Of a stretch of DNA of 64,000 nucleotides, positions 62,228 through 64,000 are shown piece after piece. The position numbers and the translations under genes are program-made. This DNA comes from Candidatus Xenobia bacterium. Lineage in GTDB: Bacteria > Vulcanimicrobiota > Xenobia > Xenobiales > QWHO01. Positions within the stretch are counted from its first letter, which is position 1. Each line of letters opens with the position of its first letter. The stretch spans positions 13,402 through 77,401 of the forward strand of contig BTUM01000034.1 in the NCBI GenBank assembly GCA_045863235.1. The letters run 5' to 3'. The notes under the pieces are model-generated. The model did not search any database, was not told the DNA's origin, and saw only the letters and a program-made list of their open reading frames with translations.

Positions 62228-63859
62228 GTGAGCGGGTCTCGAAGGCTCGCCGCGCTGGCCTACGCGGTCCTCTTCGTCGTGGTGCTGCCGGTTGTGCTGG
62301 TGCTCTGGGCCGAGGCCCTGGAGCGGAAGCTCTCTCTGCCCCCCCTGGGCGACCGGACCACCGGCTGGCTGCTGGCCACCCTGGGCGCGGCCCTGTTGGG
62401 GTCGGGCTGGTGGGCCCTGATGCGCTACGGACAGGGGCTGCCCATGAACATCGCTCCCCCGCGCCGACTGGTCACCACCGGGGTCTATGCCCTCCTCCCC
62501 CACCCGATCTACACCGGCTTCACGTTGCTTCTGGCCGGCTTTTTCATGGTGCGCGACCTGCGCGCCGGCCTGTGGCTGGTCACTCCCTGCCTGGCCCTGG
62601 GCTGCACCTCCCTGGTGCTTGGCTACGAGCAGCACGCCCAGCGTCGACGCTTTCCCGATGCGCGCTGGACTCCCTGGCTGGGATTGCCGGCCGACACGCT
62701 CGAGCCTCCCCGACCGGGCGATCGCTTCGCAGCCTTCCTGCTGACCTGGGTGAACCCCGCTCCCCTGCCGGGCGCGGCCCTGGTGCTGGGCCTCTTGCTC
62801 GCTCCCACCCGGAGCGCCCTGCGCCGGTTCGTGCTGCGGGGCTGGGTTCTGGTCGTGCTGGCTCTGCTGGGTGCTCCCGGTTCGCTGGCGGTGGGGCTGG
62901 CCATGCTGGCCACCGGCTTTCTTCCCCTGGCCCTGCTCTCCCCCGCCATCCTCCCGAGCTACCTGGTGGCCCGCTTCAGCGGCCTGATCTGGCAAGCCGC
63001 CCTGGCAGGCGCCGAACGACTGGCCAACTCGTTCAACTCCTTTCGAATCGGCCCGGCCCGGGTACTGAGCCACGCCCTCTGGTCGCTCAGCGCCGGCCTG
63101 GTGGGCAGCCTGCTGGCCAGCTGGCTGGGGGCTGCCTGGCCTTATCAAGCTCTGGTCCTGATCGCCGGCCTCCTGGGCGCCATGGTGTGGGGCCAGCTCT
63201 CGCGCGGTCAGAGCAATCTCTCGCGCCCCTTCGGCTTCTTCGGAGGCCTGGCGGGCGGCCTGCTGGGGCTCAGTCTGGCTTGCTCTCTCGGGGCCGACCC
63301 CTGGCGACTGGCCGGCGCGCTGGCCGTGGCGCTGCCTTTCCTTCAGGCGTTGGGACGCCTGCGCTGCCTGGTACAGGGGTGCTGCCACGGACGACCGGGA
63401 CCGGGACTGGTCGTGCGCCACCCTCGCTCTCGGGTCTGCTACCTGGCCGGACTGGGCGGCCAGTCCATCTATCCAACCCAGCTCTACTCCATCGCCAGCA
63501 ACCTGGTGCTGGGACCGCTCTTGCTGCGGGGCTTCCTGCTGGGCTGGCCCCTCTCGGTGTTGACCGGAGGCTACCTGATCTTGAGCGGCATGGCCCGGTT
63601 CGTGGAGGAGAGCTATCGCGGCGAGCCCCAGACCCTGCGCTGGGCGGGGCTGGCCCTCAACCAGTGGTTCGCGGTGCTGGCCCTGGGGCTGGGCATCCTC
63701 TGCTCGAGCCAGGCCTCCCCGCTGGCCGGCCCGAGCGTCGACTTGACGGCTGGCGCCCTGGCGCAGGCGGTCGGGCTCGGCATAATGGGTGCCCTGGCTC
63801 TGAGCGTGGACTTTCCCGACTCCGACCGGCCTCTATCCCGGCTGGCGCCACCTGATTGA
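62228..63859 (+). CDS. Fusion of a PEMT/ICMT-like methyltransferase and an Lgt-like domain
   Basis: N-terminal GLPMNIAPPRRLVTTGVYALLPHPIY; C-terminal FGFFGG, LGRLRCLVQGCCHG, YPTQLY, RFVEESYRG. Confidence 0.8.
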   Translation: MSGSRRLAALAYAVLFVVVLPVVLVLWAEALERKLSLPPLGDRTTGWLLATLGAALLGSGWWALMRYGQGLPMNIAPPRRLVTTGVYALLPHPIYTGFTLLLAGFFMVRDLRAGLWLVTPCLALGCTSLVLGYEQHAQRRRFPDARWTPWLGLPADTLEPPRPGDRFAAFLLTWVNPAPLPGAALVLGLLLAPTRSALRRFVLRGWVLVVLALLGAPGSLAVGLAMLATGFLPLALLSPAILPSYLVARFSGLIWQAALAGAERLANSFNSFRIGPARVLSHALWSLSAGLVGSLLASWLGAAWPYQALVLIAGLLGAMVWGQLSRGQSNLSRPFGFFGGLAGGLLGLSLACSLGADPWRLAGALAVALPFLQALGRLRCLVQGCCHGRPGPGLVVRHPRSRVCYLAGLGGQSIYPTQLYSIASNLVLGPLLLRGFLLGWPLSVLTGGYLILSGMARFVEESYRGEPQTLRWAGLALNQWFAVLALGLGILCSSQASPLAGPSVDLTAGALAQAVGLGIMGALALSVDFPDSDRPLSRLAPPD

Positions 63860-64000
63860 TGACTCGGTGGCGCCGAAAACGGGCGGCCGCTCTAGAGCCG
63901 CTCGTGATACGTGCACGCTCAGTTCATGGACCCCGAGTGGTTTCCCGCATCTCCCCGCGCAGCACTTCCCCCACCCGCTCGAAGCGAGGCTGGCTGGCCG

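Noticed and set aside
63860..64000. Gene fragment at the right edge
   Set aside because: Too short to assign a frame or a product.

Overview
A high-GC bacterial chromosomal segment with about 50 mostly housekeeping, signalling and hypothetical genes. No transposase, integrase, phage gene, rRNA or CRISPR array is recognisable. Recognisable genes: psuG (partial), hutI, ftcD, thrB-tilS-ftsH, ligA, glgX, a DAHP synthase-prephenate dehydratase fusion, amtB-glnK and initiator tRNA-Met. Signalling genes include a Ser/Thr kinase-WD40 protein, a CHASE2 adenylate cyclase, a secreted TPR-CHAT protease, a PP2C phosphatase and an effector-less STAND-type NTPase. The most notable signals are as follows. 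(1) A circularly permuted tRNA-like ncRNA (Y RNA/YrlA architecture) at about 38511-38641 on the minus strand, with its own promoter-like and terminator elements and no Ro60/TROVE gene in the window. (2) An SfmD-like heme-dependent aromatic oxygenase with altered heme ligands, outside any biosynthetic cluster, divergent from an LmrA/YxaF-type TetR whose operator TAGACC(A/G)GTCTA occurs three times, including on both sides of a small secreted-protein gene. (3) A 58-bp double-hairpin tandem array upstream of the DAHP synthase fusion. (4) A shared GTT(A/T)ACA-N4-..G(T/C)AAC upstream motif, and several proteins with effector-like low-complexity N-termini. All family assignments come from motif recognition by eye, not from database searches. 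Most long overlapping ORFs in the supplied track are high-GC shadow frames.
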